From: Bacillota bacterium
GTDB lineage: Bacteria > Bacillota > DULZ01
Length of the DNA stretch: 64,000 nt
Direction of reading: 5' to 3'
Assembly (NCBI GenBank): GCA_050951405.1
Contig: JBMNIZ010000015.1
Location: 163,536-227,535 of the forward strand
In this document: in pieces, positions 9,328 through 19,147 of the stretch
Position numbering within the stretch: position 1 is the first letter of the stretch
Layout: the number at the start of each line of letters is the position of its first letter
The notes under the pieces: generated by a model
What the model saw: only the letters and a program-made list of their open reading frames with translations
What the model was told of the DNA's origin: nothing
The model's database searches: none
Program-made: the position numbers and the translations under genes

Positions 9328-10473
9328 TTATTTGGGAATAGTTCCATCTACGCCTTCAACAAACCAATCGAAGGAAAGCATTTCTTCATCAGTCATTTTG
9401 CTGCCCTCGGGAACTCTCACTTCTCCCGATTGATCTTTCACCGGACCCCAAAATACATCCCATTCTTCATCAATAATCAATTGCCTTCTTTCCGCAACCA
9501 GCTGCTTCACCTCTTCAGGTACCATAGGGCCGTAGGGTCCGATATCGATGATCCCGTCTTTAATGCCGCCCCAGTAAGCTTCCGGCTGCCAAGTACCCTC
9601 CATCACCTCTTTCACCACTTTTGTATAATAGGGTCCCCAATTCCAGACGGGGGAGGTGAGGTTGGCCTTGGGAGCAAAAGATCTCATATCCGTATTATAA
9701 CCTATACCATAGACTCCTTTCTCTTCTGCCGCCTGCTGGGGCCCGGGAGTATCCTGGTGCTGGGCCACCACATCAGCCCCTGCTTCAATCACAGCTAGAC
9801 CGGCCTCTTTTTCAGCCGCCGGGTCGTACCAGGTATTGGTCCAAACCACTTTAACCACTGCATCGGGGTTAACTTCCCGGACACCTACGGTAAATGCGTT
9901 TATCCCCCGAATTACTTCCGGTATGGGATGTGCGGCCACATAACCGATTTTGTTGGTCTTAGTCATTTTCCCGGCTACCAGCCCGGTCAGGTAACGGGCC
10001 TGGTAGGCACGCCCAAAATAGTTGCCTGCATTGGGAGCAGTTTTATAACCGGTGGCATGCATAAAAACCACATCCGGATATTTTTCTGCCACTTTGATGA
10101 CATAATCCATATAGCCAAAGCTGGTAGCAAATATCACCTTGTTGCCCTGTTCTGCCAGCTGAGTCAAAACCCGCTCAGCATCAGCGCCTTCCGGCACGGA
10201 TTCCACGATGGTGGTCACCACATTGGGAAGTTCCTTTTCCATATACTTTTTCCCCTGATCATGAGCATAAGACCAGCCGGCATCTCCCACCGGGCCCACA
10301 TAAATAAAGGCCACTTTGAAAGGTTCCTCCGCAGCCTGCTCCTGCTCAGCGCCAGCCTCCGGTCCCTTTATGGGTTCATCGGCGGCCTGCTGTCCTCCAC
10401 CGCAACCTACTGCCAAAAGCAGCATGAAAATAAGCAGCAAACATACCCATCCGGCCCTACTGCTTTTCAACAT
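9328..10473 (-). CDS. BMP-family (basic membrane protein) substrate-binding lipoprotein
   Basis: Signal peptide plus lipobox (LLAVGC) and BMP/Med-family similarity. The ATG start at 10471..10473 has a perfect GGAGGG RBS. The tracked TTG extension is unlikely to be translated. Confidence 0.85.
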   Translation of the reverse strand: MLKSSRAGWVCLLLIFMLLLAVGCGGGQQAADEPIKGPEAGAEQEQAAEEPFKVAFIYVGPVGDAGWSYAHDQGKKYMEKELPNVVTTIVESVPEGADAERVLTQLAEQGNKVIFATSFGYMDYVIKVAEKYPDVVFMHATGYKTAPNAGNYFGRAYQARYLTGLVAGKMTKTNKIGYVAAHPIPEVIRGINAFTVGVREVNPDAVVKVVWTNTWYDPAAEKEAGLAVIEAGADVVAQHQDTPGPQQAAEEKGVYGIGYNTDMRSFAPKANLTSPVWNWGPYYTKVVKEVMEGTWQPEAYWGGIKDGIIDIGPYGPMVPEEVKQLVAERRQLIIDEEWDVFWGPVKDQSGEVRVPEGSKMTDEEMLSFDWFVEGVDGTIPK

Positions 10474-10490
10474 TTCTTTCCCTCCATCCA

Positions 10491-10500
10491 ATCTTTTGTG
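10491..10500. repeat. Left copy of the 10-bp direct repeat ATCTTTTGTG flanking the IS
   Basis: An identical 10-mer occurs at 11842..11851. Confidence 0.7.
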
Positions 10501-10503
10501 TTC

Positions 10504-10546
10504 TGTTAACTTAATAATAAAAATGAGACCTGAAACGCCTCTGGTA
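10504..10546. repeat. Left terminal inverted repeat (TGTTAACTTA...AATGAGACCTGAAACGCCTCTGGTA)
   Basis: Matches the reverse complement of 11791..11836. The first 10 nt and the last 24 nt are conserved with one mismatch. Confidence 0.75.
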
Positions 10547-10548
10547 TA

Positions 10549-11637
10549 ATGGAAATTGCCAAAAACCCATTACCTCCCAGAAAGGAGCGTTCAAGTCTCA
10601 TGACCATTATACCATCAAACGTAGTATGTCCAAGGTGTTTTTCAAAAGTTCTTCACCGTTTTGGTAAGGACAAAGACGGTTTTCAAAGATATCAGTGTCA
10701 ACGATGCAAACGGCAGTTTGCACCTGATAAACCATGTTCACCAAGAAAAAGAATATATCCCGATTGTCCTGTTTGTGGTAAAGCAACTTTTCTTCACCAT
10801 GACTATACTTATTACTCAAACTTCCGTTGCTGTGACAAAAAATGCAACCATTCTTTTCGAGTACCAAAACTAATAAATGTTGAGACCCCTTCTTCCGAGT
10901 TTAAGCCTGAAACCTTTTCTTTTAAAGGTATGCGCCATCCGCTTCATATTGTTCTTCATGCACTGACTTACTACTTCTGCGGAAATTCAACAACCCGAAA
11001 AGTCGCTCAAACCTTACATATGGTTCACCAGGTTAAGGTTTCTCATGTAACTGTTTCTAAATGGATCAAGCGCTTTGCTCCTGTATTCAAGAAAATTGCT
11101 GATGACAGGCTTTTGGGGATTAATCTTTGTGATTCGGATGAATGGCATTTCGATGAAACTTATATTAAAATTGCTGGTAAAGATTATTACCTCTGGCTCG
11201 CTTTTGATGCAGAAACCAGATTAGTTCTTGACTTCAATCTTTCCCCTATGCGTGACTCGGCATCTGCCCATAGCCTTTTATCTAACTGCAGAAGAAAGTT
11301 TGGACAACCCCGGTATGCTGTCATCTCCGACAGATATTATGCCTATCTGCAGCCTGCTTCTTTGTTCTTTCCACAAGCTGAACATATACGCGTTGAAGAC
11401 TTTGATGACTTAATCAATAACAACGTTCTTGAGGCTTTTAATGGGCAATTTAAAGCTTGGTACAAACCTAAAAGAGGTTTTAATTCATTTGAATCTGCCA
11501 ATAGACTTATTGCTACTTACATCTTCTTCTACAACTTCATCCGACCTCATTCCAGCCTCAATGGTCTCACGCCAGCTCAAGTCGCTGGTGTGAACTACTC
11601 GGAAAAAGAACGGCTATTCTGGCTTTTGGTAGCTTGA
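10549..11637 (+). CDS. DDE transposase, IS6 (IS26-like) family, with an N-terminal Cys-rich zinc-ribbon extension
   Basis: The catalytic motifs align to the IS26 transposase: DETYIKIAGKDYYLWLAFD (D), VISDRYYAY (D) and NNNVLEAFNGQFK (E). The true start may be the downstream MTIIPSN. Confidence 0.8.
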   Translation: MEIAKNPLPPRKERSSLMTIIPSNVVCPRCFSKVLHRFGKDKDGFQRYQCQRCKRQFAPDKPCSPRKRIYPDCPVCGKATFLHHDYTYYSNFRCCDKKCNHSFRVPKLINVETPSSEFKPETFSFKGMRHPLHIVLHALTYYFCGNSTTRKVAQTLHMVHQVKVSHVTVSKWIKRFAPVFKKIADDRLLGINLCDSDEWHFDETYIKIAGKDYYLWLAFDAETRLVLDFNLSPMRDSASAHSLLSNCRRKFGQPRYAVISDRYYAYLQPASLFFPQAEHIRVEDFDDLINNNVLEAFNGQFKAWYKPKRGFNSFESANRLIATYIFFYNFIRPHSSLNGLTPAQVAGVNYSEKERLFWLLVA

Positions 11638-11790
11638 GTAATATTCAGATTTCAAGGTTCATTCCGTCCTGTACTACATCAGGACTATTTGTGCTGACCT
11701 GATTTTTTTTCAAAGGCTTGCACGTATCTTTTTTTCGTGTTATCTTACACTTAGGCGTTTCCATTTGTAGGTTTTTCCCTTTTTTAAACC

Positions 11791-11836
11791 TACCAGAGGC
11801 CTTTCAGGTCTCATTTCTTTCATACTAAGTTAACAA
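11791..11836. repeat. Right terminal inverted repeat
   Basis: Reverse complement is TGTTAACTTAGTATGAAAGAAATGAGACCTGAAAGGCCTCTGGTA. Confidence 0.75.
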
Positions 11837-11841
11837 AGCCA

Positions 11842-11851
11842 TCTTTTGTGA
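11842..11851. repeat. Right copy of the direct repeat ATCTTTTGTG
   Basis: Identical to 10491..10500 and consistent with a target-site duplication. Confidence 0.7.
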
Positions 11852-12348
11852 TCCAAACTCGGATCCCTTTCGGACTTTTTCTCTCCAATCTCCTTAAACC
11901 AATCAGTCCTCCCTAAAACAGTTTCCCATCACCTCCTTACAATGCAAACCGGGATCCCACTTACCAGCACTGCCGGAAGTCCGGATCACAAATTGCCCCA
12001 ACCGCCCAACTTGACTTACGGGCGCCGGGGCAAGCTGACATTGTTTGGATGGGTGGGGAAAGAGATTGTTCGTTTTTTGCCGTCTATTACATTTTGACAA
12101 TTACAGCGGAATTCCTGCCAAGCCTTAAGGATTCCCCAAGGAATACTTTTCCCTGCAAGCTCATTTTTTTTTAGGCAGTATCCTGCAAGGGTAGAGAAAG
12201 ACGCCTTTTCCCATCGTATTTGCAATAGGCCTGACCACCCCCTCGGCTACCCGGCAGACCTTGAAGAGTAGCGGGGATATCAATTACCGGAAAAAATACT
12301 CTGTCAACCCTTTCGCTTCCCTGCGGGGGATTAGAGATTAATAACAGA

Positions 12349-13674
12349 TTAAAACCTTTCCCAAACTCCAGCAGCCAGTTCCCGGCATTTGGCCGTCAGT
12401 TCTTCTTCCATGAGCAAAAGCCGTCGGTTTTCCATCAATACTCTCCCGTTGATGATAGTTGTCTCCACCGCTCTTCCCGCCATGCCGAACAAAATATGGC
12501 CGTAATAGTTGTCTTCGGTGAGAGGGCTGGGAGGATAATAGTCTACCACAATCAGATCAGCATAAGCTCCCGGCACCAATTTACCCAAGGGCTTTGGGAA
12601 AAAGCGGGAGGCAATTTTAGCATTATTGACAAAAACCAACTGGGGCACTTCTTTCCAGAAAGCACTGGGGTCTGCCAGGGCAAATTTGTGCAGCACATTG
12701 GCCGCTTTTATGCTTTCAAACATGTCGGCTGTAAATCCATCGGTGCCCAGGCCCACCACCACCCCCTCATCCAGCATTTTCGCTACCGGAGAATATCCCA
12801 CGGCATTTCCCATATTGGACTGGGGATTGTGGACCACATTGGTCCCGGTGGAAGCTAAGAGATCGATTTCATGGTCATCCACGTGAACACAATGGGCAAT
12901 TATTGTTTTCGGACCCAGGATGCAGAAATCAGCCAGTCTCTCGATGACTCTTTTCCCTGATTTTTTCAGGCTGTCTTCCACATCCGCCATGTCTTCCGCC
13001 GCATGGAGATGAAAACCGGTATCCAGCCTTGCCGATACTTCTTTACAGGCCTTCAAAGTGCGGTCGGAAAGAGTAAAAGAAGCATGCAAGCCGAAGCTGG
13101 CAGCCAGCAGATCATCTTTGGCCTGACGGCTTTCTTCGATAAAACCGGCATTTTCTTCAATTCCTTCCCCGGCAATTTCTTCCCCGTCCCGATCGGAGAC
13201 CTCATAACAAAGACAACTTCTCACTCCCACCTCCCGCGCGGCCCGGGCAATGGCCCGTAAGCTGCCCCTGACCGCAAAAGGGCTGGCATGATGATCCATA
13301 ATAGTGGTGGTGCCGTTTTTCACGCAGTCGACAAGAGAAATAAGGGCGCTATAGTAGACATCTTCCAGCGTTAAAGCCTTGTCCAGACGCCACCAGAGTC
13401 TTTCCAGGATCTGCAGAAAATTCTTGGGGGGAGGATCCTTTAAAGCTATTCCCCGGGCAAAAGTGCTGTACAAATGGGTATGGGTATTGATTAAGCCCGG
13501 CATAATCACTTTTCCCCGGGCATCAAGAAAAGAGGCTTGGGGGTATTTTTCTTTCAGGGCGTTGGTATCTCCCACTTCTTTGATCAAGTTACCTTCAATA
13601 GCCACAGCTCCTTCCCTTCTTACTCCCTCTTTTTCGTCCAACGTAATCAACAAGCCGTTTCCCACTAAAAGCAT
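12349..13674 (-). CDS. Amidohydrolase-superfamily protein (SsnA / chlorohydrolase / nucleobase-deaminase-like)
   Basis: 441 aa with the metal-binding HxH motif (NTHTHL) and similarity to the SsnA/ATZ-TRZ family. Confidence 0.75.
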   Translation of the reverse strand: MLLVGNGLLITLDEKEGVRREGAVAIEGNLIKEVGDTNALKEKYPQASFLDARGKVIMPGLINTHTHLYSTFARGIALKDPPPKNFLQILERLWWRLDKALTLEDVYYSALISLVDCVKNGTTTIMDHHASPFAVRGSLRAIARAAREVGVRSCLCYEVSDRDGEEIAGEGIEENAGFIEESRQAKDDLLAASFGLHASFTLSDRTLKACKEVSARLDTGFHLHAAEDMADVEDSLKKSGKRVIERLADFCILGPKTIIAHCVHVDDHEIDLLASTGTNVVHNPQSNMGNAVGYSPVAKMLDEGVVVGLGTDGFTADMFESIKAANVLHKFALADPSAFWKEVPQLVFVNNAKIASRFFPKPLGKLVPGAYADLIVVDYYPPSPLTEDNYYGHILFGMAGRAVETTIINGRVLMENRRLLLMEEELTAKCRELAAGVWERF

Positions 13675-14298
13675 CTGGGCACCTCCATGTAATCATAATT
13701 GACTGCCGGCCACAAAGACTGAAGAATGCTCAAATCCCGGATTGAAACTACTGCGAAAACCATCCTCATCAATGCAGCTGCTAAGCGACCGGCCGGGTTA
13801 ACGGTCAGGGTAGAAAGGGCCTTTCTTCATCAAGCAGCTGATTCTCGGTAGTCACTACCGGTAAGAAATTGGATAATTCGACCCCGAATTCCTGCTCCAA
13901 ACTGCGGACAAATTCCTTTAACCTGACCGGCATGACCGCTTCGTCCCGACACTGGAGATCATGGGTGAAAATCTTTTTTTTATCCGGATCTGATCATCAC
14001 TCATCCGATCCAAACTGTCCCGCACATATTGATAATCCAGCAAGAGCGGGTCAACTTGACAAAAGAATGCAGTTTCTTCTCTTGCAGCAAGCACTGGGAA
14101 ATCTCTTCAATGAACGCCCCTCACATTCTTCCAGAGTGAGCCGGCATTCCTGCCGGAAGGAAGGATTTAAACTGTTTTCAATGCCACAAAGCGTCCCCAG
14201 CCAAATAGCAGGGAGAAAAATAATCCAGATAATGAAAAAGACACCTCTGATCATGGGGTGTCCTTTCCATCCTTCCGGTATAAAACATGGATAACTTT

Positions 14299-14625
14299 CT
14301 AGTTAATATGGGCATAGAGCTGGTATTTGAGCTGTTCCAAAGGAAGATAACCTACCAGTCGTTTGACCTCTTTACCGTCTTTGAAAACCACCAGGGTGGG
14401 GATGCTCATAATGCCGTACTCGGCCGCTGTATTGGGGTTTTCATCCACGTCAAGCTTGAGCACTTGAATCTCCCCGTCGTACTCATCCGCCAACTTGTCC
14501 AAAACCGGGGCCATCATCCGGCAAGGACCGCACCAGTTGGCCCAAAAATCCACCACCACAGGCAACTTGGCCTTTAAAACCTTTTCGGTAAAATCCGCAT
14601 CGGTAACGTGCCCGATTTTGCTCAT
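14299..14625 (-). CDS. trxA: Thioredoxin (canonical WCGPC)
   Basis: 108 aa with a classical thioredoxin active site. Confidence 0.9.
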   Translation of the reverse strand: MSKIGHVTDADFTEKVLKAKLPVVVDFWANWCGPCRMMAPVLDKLADEYDGEIQVLKLDVDENPNTAAEYGIMSIPTLVVFKDGKEVKRLVGYLPLEQLKYQLYAHIN

Positions 14626-14732
14626 CCTTTTTTCACTCCCTTTCTCAAGCCTGTTTCTCTATCTTTTAGGAATGTTTTTATTATACTATAGGCTACTTTC
14701 ATTGTAAATAGTCCATTGTGAAAAAGGATGGA

Positions 14733-15653
14733 TTAGGGCTTGGGCAGCTTGTCCAGCATTTCCTCATCCATTTCTTCCAGACTCTTAAAGGTAAATCCTT
14801 CTGCCAAAAGATAATCAATCACTAATGGCAATGCTTCTACAGTTGTTTCATGGCCATCGTTTTCGTGAAAAAGAATGACCATGGCCGGCCACAGTTTCTG
14901 TTTCGCTGCCTGCCGCTTCACATTGGCGAAAATAGTCTGGGCATCGGGGATGGGATGGCGGGAATCATAAGAATCAATATTCCAGTCCACCCGCAGGTAG
15001 CCCGCCTCTTTCACCATTTCCTGTTTCTTTGCATCAGTTCGAAATCTCCCTCCCGGCTCCCGGACAAATATGGGGCGTTCCCCGATAATGCCATAAATAA
15101 TCTCCTCATTTTTCCTGAGAGATTCTAAAAAAGCCTCATCATTGGCGTAGATCTCTTTATAGACATGGTTATAGGTATGGTTGCCCACTGCGTGTCCTTC
15201 TTCGCATATTTTTTCCAAAAGATCTGGATATTTTTCCACCTGGGTTCCGATGACAAAAAAAGTGGCTTTAATCCCATAATTCCTGAGAATTTCCAGAATA
15301 GCCGGGGTATTCTCCGGATCGGGCCCGTCATCGATGGTCAGATAAGCCAATTTTTTTTCCTTTTCTTCTTTTTGCTCAAGATCCGGATTCCTTTCCTCAA
15401 TAACCTCTATGGTGGGAGCAGAATGAGATATGAGCTCTTCTCCGCCGGAGGCAAGGACGTTTTTCTCTTGCTGGACCGAAGGAGAAGCCTCCTCAAGAAA
15501 AGAAGGACCGGACTCACTTGTAGGCTGCACTTGGGCCGGTACCGCTTTAGTCCCGCTGCCGGTCACGAAGTAAGCCGCGGCCAGACCTGTCAAACCTCCC
15601 ACAAAAAATGCCAGGATGAAAAAGAAGATGATGAGAAACGCTTTTTTTTGCAT
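14733..15653 (-). CDS. Membrane-anchored polysaccharide deacetylase (NodB homology domain)
   Basis: N-terminal TM helix, NodB motifs (TIDDGP, HTYNH), and a likely start at MQKKAF. Confidence 0.8.
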   Translation of the reverse strand: MQKKAFLIIFFFILAFFVGGLTGLAAAYFVTGSGTKAVPAQVQPTSESGPSFLEEASPSVQQEKNVLASGGEELISHSAPTIEVIEERNPDLEQKEEKEKKLAYLTIDDGPDPENTPAILEILRNYGIKATFFVIGTQVEKYPDLLEKICEEGHAVGNHTYNHVYKEIYANDEAFLESLRKNEEIIYGIIGERPIFVREPGGRFRTDAKKQEMVKEAGYLRVDWNIDSYDSRHPIPDAQTIFANVKRQAAKQKLWPAMVILFHENDGHETTVEALPLVIDYLLAEGFTFKSLEEMDEEMLDKLPKP

Positions 15654-15834
15654 GATTATTCCCCCGGTTTCCTTACTCCGTTTCAAATGGCACATCTTTA
15701 TTGACGAATAATGCGGGAAAAAGTTCGCGTTTCCCCTTATTTCGACAGAGAGGAGTCAACTCCTTTTGCCTGCTCCTGAATTTTCAAGGAAAATAAAAAG
15801 CCCCTTTTGCAGGGACTATATTTCTCGCTCATCT

Positions 15835-16743
15835 TTAGACCAGCCTACGAATCAAATCTTCCCTATCCCCATCGAGAAAATCGATGACAGGGATTTCAAG
15901 AACTGTGTAGGCACCAGGGCTTTGGCGGAAAGTGGCCCGGGCAGCGGCCACCAGCACTTGACCGGCCAATGCCGGGTTGTTGATCCGCATTTCATATTTT
16001 AACATTTGATTGGCTGTGACTCCTGAAACCCCTTTCCTTTCCAGAAGAACCCCATGCCCCACGTCAACGAGTTTTTCCACACGGGGCACCTGGATCACAT
16101 GGGTATCGTCGTGAATAAAATAGGGATCCTGCAAAATCCTTTTCTCAATTTCCCGGAACTCCGCCCCCTCTTCCAATTCCACATAAACCATTCTCCGGTG
16201 CACACCTGTTCCCACCGGCACTGTCAAGGAAAGAGCATCCCTCACCCCCGGGATCCCTTTCACCACCACCGAATGGCCCATGCTCATACCGGGACCGAAA
16301 TTGGTATAAGTAATGCCCCTGGGCGCCATGAACTCAAACATAGCTCTCACCAGCGAATCGGTACCCGGGTCCCAGCCGGCGGATACAATGGCCACGCTGC
16401 CGTACTGCCGGGCAATTTCATTTAATTCCTTTTTTAAATCCACCAGCCGCCCGTGGAGATCATAGCTATCGACGGTGTTAATCCCAAGGGCCAGAATTTC
16501 CCTGGCATACTCAGGCACCAGACGGGTAGGTACTGCCAGGATGGCCACCTCCACCCCTTCCAATTCTTCCACAGAACTGACTGTTGAAATCCCGGCCAGT
16601 TCTTTGGGATGGTCCTGCTCCAGGGAGACTGGACGCCTGACCACGCCTGCCAGCTCCAGATCCGTTGAAGCCAAGACTGCCTCCAGAGAAGCCTTGCCAA
16701 TATTGCCGTAACCCACAATGGCTACACGATGTTTTTTTGCCAT
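15835..16743 (-). CDS. ddh: meso-Diaminopimelate D-dehydrogenase
   Basis: Start at [16 protein letters not shown] with a GGGAGGG RBS, and Ddh-family similarity. Confidence 0.8.
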   Translation of the reverse strand: MAKKHRVAIVGYGNIGKASLEAVLASTDLELAGVVRRPVSLEQDHPKELAGISTVSSVEELEGVEVAILAVPTRLVPEYAREILALGINTVDSYDLHGRLVDLKKELNEIARQYGSVAIVSAGWDPGTDSLVRAMFEFMAPRGITYTNFGPGMSMGHSVVVKGIPGVRDALSLTVPVGTGVHRRMVYVELEEGAEFREIEKRILQDPYFIHDDTHVIQVPRVEKLVDVGHGVLLERKGVSGVTANQMLKYEMRINNPALAGQVLVAAARATFRQSPGAYTVLEIPVIDFLDGDREDLIRRLV

Positions 16744-16922
16744 GCCTTTTTCCCTCCCAAGAGAAATCTCCATATTCCCCTTGCCCCTGCTGTCCTGAAA
16801 ATGCATCTAAATATGTTGCATTATACCACAAAAAAGACGCGAAAAAAACCCGCCGGGAACTTCCGCAGCGGGCAAAATAACCACAAAAATTGTGCAGGGA
16901 TGAAATTATCCCCGATTAAGCT

Positions 16923-17339
16923 TTAAGGATTTTCCGAGGAAAAGCGATGGCTGTACACACAGGAGTTGCAGAAATCGGCCTTGTCCTCAATACCTATACA
17001 ATAAGAGCCTTCTTCCTTCCAGCAAGGTTTGGCGTAATTTTCTTTTTCCTTGACGCTGCGAGTTCTGCCACCCTTGCAATTTTTTAAACGCCAGCAGGGG
17101 TAAAGCTGAATCACTTGTCTGACCCCGGCCAGGTTCAACCCTTTGTCTTCGATCAATTCGTTAATGAAACGGAGCCTGCGCAGGTCGTTATTGGAATATA
17201 GTCTCTGCCGGTTGCTCCGCGCCGGTGAAATCAAACCGTTCCTCTCCCAAACTCGCAAAGTCTCCGGATGAACTTGTAAGAGTTCGGCCACTACTCCAAT
17301 GGTATATAAAGGCTGATCAGCATCCAAATCTCTCATCAT
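16923..17339 (-). CDS. MerR-family transcriptional regulator with a Cys-rich C-terminal domain (8 Cys)
   Basis: N-terminal MerR HTH (YTIGVVAELLQVHPETLRVWE) and a C-terminal CWRLKNC...CWKEEGSYC...CNSC region. Confidence 0.8.
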   Translation of the reverse strand: MMRDLDADQPLYTIGVVAELLQVHPETLRVWERNGLISPARSNRQRLYSNNDLRRLRFINELIEDKGLNLAGVRQVIQLYPCWRLKNCKGGRTRSVKEKENYAKPCWKEEGSYCIGIEDKADFCNSCVYSHRFSSENP

Positions 17340-17546
17340 TGCCAGATGCCTCCTTCACTTGAGTTAGGTCTCTGTTCATCCTTATTATATCAACTCCTCA
17401 CCCGCCTTTGCAAATTAATTCAAAAATAATATTTAGGATTATTCAAAACAAATTATTTCTAAATATTCGGAAACCTTTTTGCCCCAAAGAAAACCGCCAC
17501 TTTACCAATAATAAAATGGAAAACTTAAGAAAAGGCCGGTCCGAGG

Positions 17547-17699
17547 CTACTCTGCATCTTCGTCCTCATCGACTGCAATCTCATTGGCCAGGACCGCAGG
17601 AATGTGGGAAATATCACAACCGCAATAAGGACATGCCCACTTTCCCTGAGCTGCTGAAAAAGGCTTGCCCCCGCAGTAAGGACAAATTTTCCCGTACAC
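17547..17699 (-). CDS. Unannotated 50-aa zinc-ribbon protein (two CPYCG knuckles, acidic DEDEDAE tail), GTG start
   Basis: My own translation, not in the ORF track: (M)YGKICPYCGGKPFSAAQGKWACPYCGCDISHIPAVLANEIAVDEDEDAE. A GAGGTGA RBS lies 6 nt upstream of the GTG. It sits in a different frame from the tracked 67-aa ORF. Confidence 0.5.
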   Translation of the reverse strand: MYGKICPYCGGKPFSAAQGKWACPYCGCDISHIPAVLANEIAVDEDEDAE

Positions 17700-17946
17700 G
17701 TCCACTCACCTCGCGGGAATTCTACCATAGCTTATGATCTTTTACTTGAAAAAATTGTCGCCGGAGTTTCGACATTTAGCCAAATCCTTTGCCCCTTTAT
17801 AACAAAAGAGATACTTTTCACCAAGCCAGGAATTACCTCTAAAGTTCCGCAACTATTTGGCCCGGTCATCGTCTATAATGATGTCGGCGGGCCAAAAATC
17901 GGGTAGTCTTTTCAGCTCAACAAAAATCAAAGGAGGTTATTTAATC

Positions 17947-19104
17947 GTGAAAAGGAGATTAACTGCACTTCTCGCCGCCCTGTTTATCGTATCCCTGCTG
18001 GTATCGGCTTTTGCCGCCGGTCCGGTTCAAGCCGCTCCGGCAGCTTATGATCCCCTGGGCTATTACCTTTACTATACGGAAGATGTGAACCAATTCTACT
18101 TTCTAGTAACAAATCCTTCCAGCCAGGCCGTCAATTTAAAATTTTCTTCCGGTCAGGATTATGACCTGGTTATCAAGCAAAAAGGCAAGGTAGTCTGGAA
18201 AGATTCTTGGAATAAAAACTATAGCCAAGCTGTCCGCCAAGAAAACTTCCTCCCCGGCCATGCCAAATTTTATAAAATTGATGCCCCTAAGCTGAGGAAG
18301 GGGTCTTATCAGGTTCAAGCGATTTTTACCGCCGGTCCCTCAGCTGGCCGGGTGGTAGCGGAAATCCAGTGGGGGGTGGGACAAATAGTGCCGGAAAAAC
18401 CCTCTGCCGACACCTCTCTCCTGGATTATTACCTTTTTAAATCCACCAATACCAATGAACTTCTTTTTGTAGTGAAGAATAACACCGACCAAACCGTCAA
18501 ACTCCATTTCCCTTCCGGCAAGGAATTTGACCTAATCATTTATAATGCCTCTTGGCAAAAAGCCTGGCAGGATTCCTGGACCAAATGGTACCATCAATCC
18601 GCGAAGAAGGAAAAACTGGCTCCCGGTCAGGCTAAAGTGTACCGGGCCAAGCTGCCCAAGCTTTCCCCGGGAACGTATACTGTTCATGCTTACTTTTATG
18701 GAGCAAAACTGACCGGTCCGGCAGCCACCATGAAACTAAAGGCAGGCGGCCAAATAGTCAATCCGCATCTTTCTCAACTGAGCTTCAGCGCCTGGTATAA
18801 CGGAGGCAAGCAGCCTCAAATTGCTTTCCAGGTTAAGAACACCGGCACTAAACCCGTTACCATCACTTTCCCCCAAGGCAAAACCCTGGAAGTGGTCGTC
18901 ACTGGGGATAACGGTTTTAGCTGGCGGTACAGCGACAGTTACCGTTCGGGCAGCGCTCTTCTGACCAGGAGTTTGGCAGGAGGCGGTGCCAGCTACAGCT
19001 TTATTTACCTGCCCAAACTGCCAAAAGGAAAATATACGGTGGACATCTACTATTTGGCCTATTCTGAGAAGAAACCGGCCGCTTCCACCAGCTTTAGGAT
19101 CTGA
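17947..19104 (+). CDS. Secreted protein with three tandem BsuPI-like (protease-inhibitor-like) domains
   Basis: GTG start with a GGAGG RBS and a signal peptide (LLAALFIVSLLVSAFAAGPVQA). Three repeats of about 110 aa share the pattern Y-Y-L...V-N...V-L-F-SG-DL. Confidence 0.75.
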   Translation: MKRRLTALLAALFIVSLLVSAFAAGPVQAAPAAYDPLGYYLYYTEDVNQFYFLVTNPSSQAVNLKFSSGQDYDLVIKQKGKVVWKDSWNKNYSQAVRQENFLPGHAKFYKIDAPKLRKGSYQVQAIFTAGPSAGRVVAEIQWGVGQIVPEKPSADTSLLDYYLFKSTNTNELLFVVKNNTDQTVKLHFPSGKEFDLIIYNASWQKAWQDSWTKWYHQSAKKEKLAPGQAKVYRAKLPKLSPGTYTVHAYFYGAKLTGPAATMKLKAGGQIVNPHLSQLSFSAWYNGGKQPQIAFQVKNTGTKPVTITFPQGKTLEVVVTGDNGFSWRYSDSYRSGSALLTRSLAGGGASYSFIYLPKLPKGKYTVDIYYLAYSEKKPAASTSFRI

Positions 19105-19107
19105 CAA

Positions 19108-19146
19108 AGCCAATAAAAAGGGCTGTTCCCACGGCCCTTTTTATTT
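19108..19146. terminator. Bidirectional intrinsic terminator between convergent genes
   Basis: Hairpin AAAAAGGGCTG..CGGCCCTTTTTATTTT with T-runs on both strands. Confidence 0.5.
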
Positions 19147-19147
19147 T

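Larger units (their letters stand above)
10501..11841 (+). mobile_element. IS6-family-like insertion sequence (about 1.34 kb)
   Basis: A single transposase ORF bounded by imperfect terminal inverted repeats and identical 10-bp direct repeats. Confidence 0.7.

Noticed and set aside
12120-12200. A direct repeat CCTGCAAG(G) around a T10 run.
   Set aside because: It is a short direct repeat, not an inverted repeat, so it does not form a terminator and has no recognisable function.
11852-12348. Looked for a purine riboswitch or another leader for the nucleoside ABC operon, and considered the ORFs 11903..12100 and 12016..12225.
   Set aside because: There is only partial resemblance (UUUCUCUACC) and no CCGUAAAU or P1 pairing. 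The two ORFs have no RBS or conserved features and are treated as spurious.
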